Shown here one piece after another: positions 1 to 10,600 of a stretch of 59,181 bases of DNA (positions are counted from its first letter, which is position 1; each line of letters begins with the position of its first letter). Where the stretch lies: IMG/VR virus record IMGVR_UViG_3300035670_000237, positions 1 through 59,181 of that record; one strand, given 5' to 3'. Both the position numbers and the translations under genes were made by a program. The notes beneath the pieces are model-generated. The model ran no database searches. It was not told the DNA's origin and was given only the letters and a program-made list of their open reading frames with translations. This DNA is from a virus (taxonomy: Duplodnaviria; Caudoviricetes).

Positions 1-282
1 CGGGCGCTGGATTGAAGGCCGCCGCGCCAGCGAGGTGCGCGAGGTGGCTGCCGCCATCGTCAGCGACCTGCAGACAGCCTATGCGCCGGCCACCATCAAC
101 CGCAGCCTGGGCGCCTTGAAGAAGGCGCTGGCCGACGCCTGGCAGCGCGGACGCACGCCGGTGGACTACAGCGGCCTGGTCAAGCGACTGCCCGAGAACA
201 ACCAGCGCACCGTCTACCTGACCATGGAGCAGGTGCACCAGCTGGCCGAGTGCGCCAGCGAGCAGGTGCGCACCGCCATCTG
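1..282 (+). repeat. Terminal overlap with 58900-59181 (imperfect)
   Basis: 156-282 is identical to 59055-59181 (127 nt). 1-155 differs at about 15 positions, mostly synonymous. Confidence 0.9.
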
Positions 283-754
283 GGTGGCCATGCTGACCGG
301 CTGCCGTCGCGGCGAGGTGTGCAAGATCGAACGCGCCCACATCCACGGCGACGTGCTGCGCATACCGGCCGGCAACACCAAGACGCTGCGCTACCGCGAG
401 GTGCCCATCGTCCCTGCCCTGCGCCCGTGGCTGGAGCGGCTGCCGCTGGCCATCAACTTCGAGGGGGTGAAGTCAGGTTTCCGCCGCGCCCGCGAGAAAG
501 CCGGCATGCCCGAGGTGCACTTCCATGACCTGCGCCACTCATGTGCCACCGTGCTGCTGCAGCTGGGCGTGGAGTTGCACGTGGTGCGCGAGATCCTCGG
601 CCACACGTCGGTGAAAACCACCGAGCGCTACGCGCACGTGATGGTGGAACCCCAGCGCAAGGCGCTGGAAAAGCTCGGAACCCAGGCCGCGATTTACGCC
701 GCAGATTTACACCAGAAACAGAAACGGCCCCGGAGGGCCGCCGTAAGTCGTTGA
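2..754 (+). CDS. int: Tyrosine recombinase/integrase, C-terminal part (5' part at 58628-59181)
   Basis: TGCRRGE, HDLRHS, LGH and TERYAH catalytic motifs. The frame continues from the ORF at the window end. Confidence 0.95.
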   Translation, partial: GRWIEGRRASEVREVAAAIVSDLQTAYAPATINRSLGALKKALADAWQRGRTPVDYSGLVKRLPENNQRTVYLTMEQVHQLAECASEQVRTAIWVAMLTGCRRGEVCKIERAHIHGDVLRIPAGNTKTLRYREVPIVPALRPWLERLPLAINFEGVKSGFRRAREKAGMPEVHFHDLRHSCATVLLQLGVELHVVREILGHTSVKTTERYAHVMVEPQRKALEKLGTQAAIYAADLHQKQKRPRRAAVSR

Positions 755-900
755 TTTCTTTGGTGGGCGGTGCAGGGTTCGAACCTGCGACCCCTGCCGT
801 GTGAACGCAGGTTTCTGACGTTGGCTACCTATAGAAAACAGCGTCTTGAAGGCCGAAAATTGATAGGCATCAGACCCTGATTTACACCGGAATTTACACC
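691..900. other. attP region: arm-type repeats and IHF-like site flanking the core
   Basis: GATTTACRCC-type repeats at 691, 704, 879 and 891 (two each side of the core). TAAGTCGTTGATTT at 744-757 matches the IHF consensus WATCARNNNNTTR on the minus strand. Confidence 0.75.
761..805 (-). other. attP core = 3' half of tRNA-Val(CAC)
   Basis: Minus strand reads TTCACAC GGCAG GGGTC GCAGGTTCGAACCCTGC ACCGCCC ACCA: anticodon loop, T-arm, acceptor 3' strand and CCA. There is no D-arm or 5' acceptor strand. Confidence 0.88.
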
Positions 901-1061
901 GGCCCGTTGCCAGAGTGACCACAAAAGCGCGGCTTCGGCAATCCGCAAAGTTCTCCTGGCGGCACGGGTATTCCGCAGCTTTTGACCCGCGACAGCGTGC
1001 GACACTCGACATCTCCATTGAGATTGCGACAGTCATCAGCAAGCACCGGATTGCCGCAGAC

Positions 1062-1259
1062 ATGAGCAAGTTGATCTTTCGCTGGCTGGCCAACGCAGGT
1101 ACAGCGCTTCAGTGGCCAATGGACCCAGGGCGGGACTATGTTCGGCCGCGCCGTGGAGACCAAGCGCGCGACCTCGATCGCGTCGTTGGCGACATGGCCA
1201 AGATTGGCGGCGATCTGCGCAAGACTGCGACCAAGGAACTGGCGCGGCATGGCAAGTAG
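1062..1259 (+). CDS. Small hypothetical protein (accessory gene pair next to attP)
   Basis: ATG at 1062 within ORF 915-1259. Stop overlaps the start of the next gene. Confidence 0.5.
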   Translation: MSKLIFRWLANAGTALQWPMDPGRDYVRPRRGDQARDLDRVVGDMAKIGGDLRKTATKELARHGK

Positions 1260-1650
1260 GCACACGCGGCTCAGCGCCAGGGGCAACGAGGTCGCGGTGT
1301 CGTCTACCACGACAGACGCACCGATCCTGCCGATCGAGCAGATCGAGAAGCTGCAGCAGATCGCGCCGCACCGCGTCGACTGGGTCTTCGACCAGACCGA
1401 GGCCGAATCCCGACACCGTCGCGACGAGATCAGGCGGGTCAATACCTTCGTCTTCGTGGAGCGTCTGCTCAGCCTCGTGTTCGCCCTTGTAATTGCAACT
1501 GGCGGCCTGGGGTGTGCGGTGTACTTGGCCTTGAGTGGCCGCGAACTGACGGCCAGCATCATCGGGGGCGGCACGCTGGCCGGCTTGGTAGCCTCTTTCC
1601 TGACCAAGACCAGGGGACGGTCAGGCGCGGAAAAGAAGCCTGAGGCCTGA
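1249..1650 (+). CDS. DUF2335-like two-TM membrane protein
   Basis: PILP..IEKLQQIAP..VDWVF..TEAESRHR followed by two hydrophobic helices. Confidence 0.65.
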   Translation: MASRHTRLSARGNEVAVSSTTTDAPILPIEQIEKLQQIAPHRVDWVFDQTEAESRHRRDEIRRVNTFVFVERLLSLVFALVIATGGLGCAVYLALSGRELTASIIGGGTLAGLVASFLTKTRGRSGAEKKPEA

Positions 1651-1672
1651 TGTCGGCCGGGGCGATCGGCTC

Positions 1673-4600
1673 CTACTGCGTCACCGCCTCCGACCGAATC
1701 ACTCTTTGGCGCTGAATCACCCGGACCCGTGAGTTCAGGTCGCGCATGGTCTCGGCGATCTGCTCGTCAACCTCGCGCATGCGGTCGCGGTAGCCCTCGG
1801 GCTTCTGCGTGGCAAGGTCGCGGCGCAGTTGGCGCAGCTCGCTGACACGGCGGCTGTACCGATCGGCGGCGCCGGCCAGTGCGGCCAACGGCTCGGCGCG
1901 CCGGAAGCCGTCGACGTCCTCCTGGTTGCGCGCGCGGCCCCTGAGCTCGTTCTCGACTTGGTTGATCGCCTTGACGTTCTCGTAGAACTGGTCGCTCTGC
2001 CCTGCGGTGCCGCGCGTGGTGCCCGCCAGGCGCCCGATCAGTGGCACCTTGTAGAGCGGCAGCTCGTCCCCGGTCACGGGGCTCGCAACCGTCGTCATCA
2101 ACTTGGACGTTTCACGCCAGACACCGCCCAGAAGCTGCCCGATCACATAGTCGATCTGGTCGGGCGTCGGGCTCCAGGCGCCAGGCTGGTACTTCGTGCC
2201 GCCGGTCACGGCGTTGATCGCCGTCGCCAAGCCCTTGCCCACCGGGCTGGCGGTGTCCTTGGTCAGTGCGGTGCCGGGCTGTGGATCAAGCGGACTGCGG
2301 TCCTCTCGGTAGATCGGCCGCCCCGTCCAGTCCTTGTTGTCGAGCAGCGCCACAACTGGGTCGACCACAGTTGGGGCAACCAACTGAGCCGGTGGCTGAG
2401 CTCCCCCCAGCGGGTTGAACGCATCCAGCAGCACCCCCATCAGCGCGCCCAACTGCTTGCCGGCGGTCTTGTCGCTGCCGCCCAGCGCGAACTCCACCGA
2501 CAGCCGCCCGATGTTGGGCAGGAAGTTGAAGCCCAGCGGCAGGGGCAGCGCGATGTAGTCCTTGCCGGACACCGGGATGATGAGGCTTCGCTCCTTGACG
2601 AAGTCCGGGATCTTGCTCCAGTTGTCGTCGTCCTCGTCGTCGTCATCAAAGCCACCCATGACTGCCATGCCTACCAGCGTGTTGATGGCGCCCAGCGCCA
2701 CACCGCCGGCCATAATCTTGCGGCCGGCTGGTCCCGTCAGCGTCTCGACCATGCGCGCGGTGCCCTGCACGGCCGCATTGAAGAACGCGTACCAGGCATT
2801 GATGTCGCGAGTCTTCTGGCCCTTGCGGTTGAAGTTGACCGTCAGGTTCTTGGCCAGGCTGGCCGCGCGCTCCCTGCTCATGCCCTCGTCCAGTGCGACC
2901 TTGTAGGCGGCGACGCGGACGGCGTTCTCCATCGACTCGTTGTAGTCGCTCAGCCAGTCGACGAATGCGTGCGCCACCCTCGACACCTGCCCGCGCTCCA
3001 GCGCTGCGACCTCCTTGGTCAGCGCCTTGGCGCGGTCCTCGATGTCGGCAAACAGGTCTCGGAAACCGGTGGTGCCGCCCACCTCCTCAAGGTCGCGCCA
3101 CAGCGCAACCCAGCGGGCATTGACGGGGTTCGCCGCGCCCTTGCCGCGCTCCTGGCGGTACACCGCGCGCATCGCGTGATGCACGCCGGCCAGTACCTGC
3201 CGCTCCTTGCCGGCCAGCGGCGTGGTGCTCAGGTTGAGCGCGGCGCTTCCCACGTCGCGCATGAAGTTGACGATGCCAAAGATCGGGTTGTATTGGGTGT
3301 TGACGCTGGCAAACCAGCGCGTGCCCACGGACACCGTCCGCGTCACCCAGCCCAGCTCTCCGATGTCTGCGGACTTCACCGCCGTGGCCAGCCGCACCGC
3401 CTGCGGGTTGCGCTGGTCGAAGATGATGCTGACGTCCTTGCCGCCGATGCGCAGCGTCACGACGTTGGGGTCTTTGCGGTAGGTGCCGTCCATCTCGCGC
3501 CGCACCGTGCCCGTCACCGGGTCGAGGTACTTGCGCATGGGCGGGCTGCCGATACGCCAGAAGTCGCGCAGCGGGTTCTGCCCCACCAGCAGGTACAGAC
3601 GCTGCAGCACGAGGTTCTTCTCGCCCCGCGTCAGCGCCGCCTCGCGCTGCATGGCAATGTGCGCCAGGATGTTGGTGACGCGCTGGTTGCTGCCCACGCG
3701 CTCGCGCACGCCTGAGCCGCGCACGTTGAAGCCTTGGCCAATCGGGTGGCTTTGGCTGTCCGGGTGGGCCTCGTCGCGGTGCAGCGGGATGTAGTGCTGG
3801 TACTGCGCCCGCCAGGCGTCGGCGGTCTGCCGGTTGACCAAGCCGTAGCGCTCCAGCGATTCCAGGGTCTTGGCGTTGATGCCGTCCACCTGGGCCGCCA
3901 GGGCGTCCAGGTCGGAACGCTGCGCCGGCGTCAGTGCGGCCATGACGGCCGCCGCCTCGGCGTCGCTCATGCCTGAGAGCGACAGGCGCTCGTCCTCGGT
4001 GCCAGGAAACGGCTGCATGCGCCGCACCCCGGCCAGGCGCTCCTGGTGCTGGGCGACGGCCTGCTCAAGGGCCTGTGTGGCGGTGCCTTGGGCCATGGCG
4101 CGCTGCAGCAGCACCCGTACGGCCTTCAGTTCAGCCTCGGCCTGCAGCTCCAGCGCGTCCAGCTCGGCCCGGCTGGGGTTGCGCTGCGCCATCGCGGCAT
4201 TGGCCTCGGGCGCGTGGCGGGCGTGCAGAAAGCGCTCCAGCGTCTCGAGATCCACGCCGCGCGTCTTCATGTCCTGCAACAGCGGCCGGAACTCGTTGGC
4301 CAGAAAGTCCTCGGTACGCGTGGCCAGCCGCTTGTGGAACAGCTCCTCGCCCAGGTAGGCGTCGTTCAGGTCGCTGATCGTGCCGCCCAGGGCCTGGATG
4401 CGCTCCTGAACGCGCTTCAGGTCGATGAAGCGGTCCTGCAGCTTGTAGCGCAGCGCGTCCCAGCCCTCCATGCTGGTGAGGTTCATCACCCGCTGCTTCA
4501 GGGCGTGCCAGCGGTTGCGCTGCACCGGGCCGGGCTGCGGCGGGGGGGTGGGGCCGATGGAATTGCGGCTGAACATGGGCGTGGCGTTGCCGTCATCGCC

Positions 4601-7600
4601 AGGCTCTGCCATACTGGCGGGGCTTTCCGCTCCCGCTGGGCTGCCTCTCTGCGTAGAGTCCCGGCGCGTAGCCCCGCCCAGTGATGGGGGGACGGCATCG
4701 GAGGCCAACGACCCAGCCCCCATTCCATCGCGGGAGAGCGAAGCGGCGGATTGCGTAGGCGCAGCGGCAGCATAACCGGCCGGGCGCGCATCTGGGTCGA
4801 TCTCGAATGCGGTGATGATCCAGGCATTTGACCCGGGGTTCTTCACCAGCCCGACCCGATAGCCATCGTGCTCGATCTTCACCGAGGTCGATGAATTCGA
4901 TTCGACTCGCTTGGTCTCGGCGCCGGAAGCAACCGCGCGAACCATCTCCGCCAGAACCCGCAGAGCCTCGGCCTCAGTGAGCCCGTCCTTACGCATGCGG
5001 GCCTCGATGATGTGTGACAGGCCGCGGCCTCCGACGGTTCTGCCAGACGACTTGACCTTACCCTCGTCGCCCCACACGAAGTCCACCCACCCCATGCCGC
5101 TGCGGAACATGGCGCGGTGAACGGTGGTCTTGCCGGTGACGGCCTCGGCCAGCGCGCGCAAGCCGCGGTCGATGTTGGCGGTGACGCTCTTGGTGGCCGA
5201 ACGGCTCAGCGCCACGGCCGGCGTGCGCGCGCCGTCAGCGTTCGCCCCCATCGCGCCCCGCTCCACCCACCCCCGCGCCGGCAGGATGTAGCTGCGGATG
5301 ATCTCGGCGTCCGTCAGGCGCAGGCCCTCGAGGCCGGGCACGTTCTGGCGCAGCCAGGTGCGCAAGGCGGCCACGGCGCGCTTCACGAAGCCCAGTTCGG
5401 GCTGGGCCTTGGCCATGTCGGCAAGGATTTCCTCGGCCACCTCGCGCCGCTCGCGGCGCAGCAAGGCCACAGCGGCTGACTCCAACGCGGCGCCCGACAG
5501 CGGCTCCATGCCCGCCTGCCGGCGCAGGCTGTTGACCCGCTCGCGCGAGGCGGCCAACGTCAGCACCTTGCCGTACTGCGCCGCCTTGGGTCGCATCAGG
5601 TCGGGCCGCGCCAGGCCAATCTGGTCGAGGATGCCGTTCAGGGCATCGCCAAAAACGGCGCGCAGCCCGTAATGGCCCAGCACTTCGTGGAACAACGCCT
5701 CCATCGCCTGGCGGGGCGACGCGATGCCGTCGGCCACCAGGTACACCACGCCGTCGTAAAAGAACCCATCCGGCGAGCCGGTCGCGCCAGCCTCGCGCTG
5801 CGCAGCGTCCTCGTCGCGCACGGCTTCAGGCACGCGTGGATCCTGCATCGACTGCACCACCACGATGGACGGGCGCTGCGCCCAGCGCGACACCACGGCA
5901 TCCACCACCGACTGCACCGATGCCGACGACATCAGCCGCGCGCCACCGGCACGGCTGAACGCCGGCTTGCCGGGCTTGGACTCGCCCAGGCCCAGCACCT
6001 CGCGCGCCACATCCGGGTTCGACCCCGGCATGAGCTTGATGTCCTGGCGCCCGGTGAGCAAGTGCTCCACCGCCCGCTCCAGCGCAGCCTCGCTCACCGA
6101 AACGGCGGACATCAGGTTGCCGCGCTTGTAGAAGTCCTGGCCAAGGGCTCGCGTCAGCGCCTTGTCCAGGTAGAGCTTGCCGCCTTCGCGCTTGGATGCG
6201 GGCGTGGTCAGCGTGAACTTGCCACCACTTGACACGATGCGCAGCGCGCCGGTGCCATCGACCACCACCGCACCATTGCCCGCGCGCCGCAAGAACTCCA
6301 TCACCCGCGCCGGGGTGCCCAGCGACAGACTTGACCCGCTCTTCTTGGCCTTGTCAAAGTCAAACCCACGTCGCATCAGCACGCCCTGGGCCACGCTGCC
6401 GTCGTCGCGGGTGTAGCTGACGATCTGGCCCGGATACTTGGCAAACCCCGCCAGCAGGTTGCCAGTCACCATCCAGCGCCGCTCGCGCCGCACGTTGCCG
6501 GCCGAGTACAGGTCGAACAGGTCTTGAACCGCCAGGGTGCGCGAGCCGCCGTCGTCAGTGGGCAGGCTGATGTTGGCGCTCTGATCGCGCACTGTGAAGG
6601 CCCGCCCGATCTGGCTGGCTGTCAGCGTCAGCGAGCGTGCGTCGCCGTTGGCCAGGGCAATCGTCATCTTCCATGACGAGCCGGCCGACGGGTTCTTGGT
6701 GGCGCCGGTGTTGCTGATGGCGGTGATGACGCCATAGGTGGGCACCTGCTGGGCATCCAGCACGGTGACGCTGTCGCCCACCGCGTGACTGCGCAGCATC
6801 GCCTCCACCAGGTTCTTCTGCAGGTTCGCGGTCTCCACCTCGCGCTGTGTGCGCATCGGGTCGGCACCGGCAGCCTCTCGCCTGGCCCTGAGGTCGGCCA
6901 CAAAAGCCGCATGCCTCTTGTTCAGGCCAGCGATGAGCTCGGCCGCCAGCTGCGACGCCGTCTTGTCGCCAAGCGTCTGCGCCACGGCTGCGGCCACCTC
7001 GGCGCGCGTCATGGGCTTGACGGTGCGCGCCACGTCCACCTTCTCCATGTAGGAGGGCTCGGCAAAGCGCGACGTCATGGCCCGGTTGTCGCCCTCGCGC
7101 GGGGCAGTGATGGCCTCGCTGCTGAGCGTGCGAGCGCCCAGGTCCAGCGCCCGCGCCTCCAGCTTGTTGGTGCCCATGGCGTCTTCGCGCTCGATGAGCT
7201 CGGTGTAGCGCTGCACCAGGTCGGCGTACACGGACTCCTGCTGCTCAAGCGGCAGGATGGGGATGTAGCCCGTGAGCTTGCGAATGAGCTCGTCGTCAGC
7301 CTTGGTCACATCGTCCGGTACCGGCAACCGCTCGTTGCCGCCCAGCGCTGCGTGGATCTCAGGGTTGTCCATCAACAACTCGGCGGCCACCTGCCCGCCG
7401 TAGTTGTTCATGAAGTCGACCACGCCCTCGGCCGTGACCGCGCTTTTGCGGCTGGCTGTGGTGTTGGCGTTCAGCGACGCCATCTTGTTCATCAGCACCG
7501 CTGCCGGGCGCATCTCGGCCGGGATGTCGGCCATGGCCTGGGTGTAGTCGGGCGTCACCACCTGCCCGGTGCGGTGCACACGCCCGAGCATCTGCATGTG

Positions 7601-10600
7601 GGTGTCGATGTTCTTCTCGGCCTGCACGATGATCATGCGCCGCTTGCGCTGATCCTTCACCTTGTCCGAGGCGTGAAGCGACAGGCCCGTGGATCCCGAC
7701 TGGTTGAGGATGATCGCGTCGATGTCGCCGTTGTTGAAGCCCCGGATGGCGCGCAGACGCTGGCGAATGTCAGCGTTGCGCCCGGCCAGCGTCGGCACGG
7801 TGCCGCCGCCGTAGTTGACCGTCATGCTGCGGCCGGTGATCTCGTCGCTGCTGAAACCGGCCGCACGCAGCCGGTCGTGCATGAAGTCGATCGGCGAGAT
7901 GGGCGCTGCGCCGAAGCCCGCGCGGCCGATGAAGTCGGCCGTCTGCTGGTACTGGCGCACCAGCACCTCGCCCAAATCGTTATCGGTGAGGCGGTACTCC
8001 TCGTCCGCCTGGCTGCCAGGGCGCTTGATCTTGACGATGCGCTGCTTGTCCAGGTAGCGCAGGTACAGGTCACGGAACGAAAGCGCCACCGGCTCGCCGG
8101 AGCGCAGGCCCATGTCCTCCGCGTAGTCCTTCAGGAACGAACCCATGGTGTTGGACACGGTGAGGACGACCTTCTCGCCGGCCTTCAGCCGCTCGATGGC
8201 GTACTCCACCGAGTTCTGCACCTTCAGCGCCAGCAGCATCTGGTCGATGAGGTTGTGCATGATGGCGCCGAAGTTGGCGCCGGCCACCGAGGTCTTTTCG
8301 CCGCCCACCGATCGCACCACGGCGGCCTCTTTGTCGAACGCCTTTTTCATCGAATCGACGGCCGCCTCCTTGGCGCGCGAGAACGCCAGGATCTGCCGCA
8401 TCGCGGTCGCCATGTTCTCGGCGGTGGCCTTGTCCACCGTGGTCTTGCGGGTGTCGTAGCCCACACCGGCGAATGTGCGCTCGCGCCGGATGTACTGCCC
8501 GTCTTCGGTCAGCATCGTGGCCACGATCTGCTGCATGGGCACGCCGCCCTCCTGGATGGCCGGCGCCAGGTCGATCGGCCGGTCCACCGCCAGCATCATG
8601 TTGGTGCTGGAATACAGGTCCATCACGTCCGGCCGCTTGGCATAGGTGGCCGAGCTGAAGAAGCTGCCGGCGGAGTTGCGCACCAGCTCGCGCGCAAAGC
8701 CCGCCCGGCCAAGCTTGTTCTCGCCGTCCGCCTCGGCCTCGCGCGCCTCCTTGGAGCGCGCCTGCCGGGTGGAGGTGCCGCCCGCGTTGTGGCTTTCGTC
8801 GAAGATGACGTAGCCTCCATCGGCAAAGCGCTGCAGGAAGCGCATGCGCGCGGTGGCCTTGCCGGCCACGGTCTGCGTCTGGCTGTAAGTGGTGAAGATG
8901 ACCTTGTACTCGCCCAGGTTGCCGCTGGCGGCCATGCCGTCCAGCAGCTTGGCCAAAGCTTCCTTCTGTGCCGGCGCGCGCAGCGTGCGCTCCAGCTCCA
9001 CCGCCTCGCCATCAACCTCGCGGCGCAGCGCGTAGGGAATCGACTCGCTGCCGTTGGTGATCAGGATGGCCGAGCGCTGCGCCTGCAGCCCGAGCTCGTC
9101 GGCCATGCCGATGTCGTCCAGGTCGCGCACCATGTCGGCGTACAGGTTCGGCTTTTCGGTGATGAACACCGGCACCTTGCCGCTGCGCAGCGCGTAGCGG
9201 ATCATCGCGGCCACCACGCGGCCCTTGCCGATGCCCGTCTGGTCGCCAATGACGAAGCCCGCGTCAGACTCGGCGTTGTAAATGGCCAGGGCCAGCGCAT
9301 CCACCTGCTCGGCACTGAAGTAACGGCCAAGCTCTGCAGTGTCATAGCCGAGCTTGCCGGCCACGTAGGTGTCGATGTCGCCAACGGCCTCCTGCACACG
9401 GGCCAGCGAGGCCAGCACCGCGTCGCGCATGCCGCGCGGCACCAGCGTGCCCACCGAAGCCACGCTCGAGGCGGGCGCGTACGCCACCTGGGTGGCGGTC
9501 TCCTGTTCCTGGCCCCGGCGGTCGGCCGGCCGGTTCAGCGCGGGCTCATTTCGGCCAGCGCCATCTCCACCCACGCCAGCAGGTCGGTTTCCTCCATCTC
9601 CTCGAGCAGCCCCTTCATTCGCGGCGTCATTCGCGCCGGCACCTTGGCCGGGAATGGGTTGCGGTAGCTGTTCATTGCCAGGCTCAGCACCGTTCGCAGC
9701 TCCAGGTTGTGCCCGAACAGGCTGCCCCCCGCGTGGTACGGCTGGTCGATCGCCATCAACCCCATTGCCGACAGCGCCCGGTTGGCGATCTCCAGACCGT
9801 CCGGGTCGCGCGCCGTCATTGCGTTGATCCGGTCCTCCAGGGCGAACCGCCACCGCGACTCCGTCAGCTCCTCGCCCGCCGGGACCATCACCGCGCACAG
9901 CCCCGGCTGCACGAACGGCGGGCACCACGGCACCATCGCTTGCGCCTGGTTCGTTGGCGGCGTTGGCTGGGGCGACTGCGGTGTTTGCGGCGTTGCCATC
10001 AATCTTCTCCTTCAGTGCGGCCCACGAATCGTAGCGCGCAGGCAACTCGGCGGCCGGCATCGCGCGCGTGGCCTTGCCGCGCCCGTTGATGACGATCACG
10101 TCCACCGGGTAGCTGGCACCCTGCCGCGCGTAAAGGCCACCGTCGAGCGTGAAATGGTCGGTGACGTTGTACTGCTGGTAGAGCCGGAAGTAGAACTCCC
10201 GCTTGGCCTTGGCGCGATAGCCCTCGCGCAGCGCCTCGTCGCTGGTGGCGTTGACGCCGCCGACGATCAGCACCGCGCGGCCGTCGTCCTTGAGCGCCTG
10301 CAGTGCGCGCAGCGCAATGGCGTGATCGATTTCGCGCGTGCCGTAGTTCGGCGCGGCGGCCCAGATGATCGGCTGCCCGTCGTCGTCGCGCACGACGCCG
10401 AACGGCGGGTTCATGAGCTCCACATCCAGCGTGCCGGCTGGCGCCATGTCAGACGTGGCGGCGTTGTTCTGCGTGACGGTGAAACCAAGCGCCCGGGCAT
10501 TGGCCGCACGCTCGTCGTTCAGCTCGTTGACCACGGCATCCTCGGGCGCCACCTCCAGCAGCAGCATGGTGTTGCCCGCTGTGGGCTCGCCCACCCTGTC

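Noticed and set aside
1-282. Physical direct terminal repeats of the virion DNA
   Set aside because: The repeat falls mid-integrase, is imperfect, and its exact part is 127 nt. An assembly overlap is more likely.
761-810. Possible full tRNA-Val gene
   Set aside because: Only the anticodon loop to CCA is present. There is no D-arm or 5' acceptor strand, so it is treated as the attP core.
6785-9667. Long plus-strand ORFs opposite late genes (e.g. 960 aa here, also 1829-3715, 20806-23019, 24494-26605)
   Set aside because: Antisense shadows of high-GC coding frames, with no recognisable motifs.
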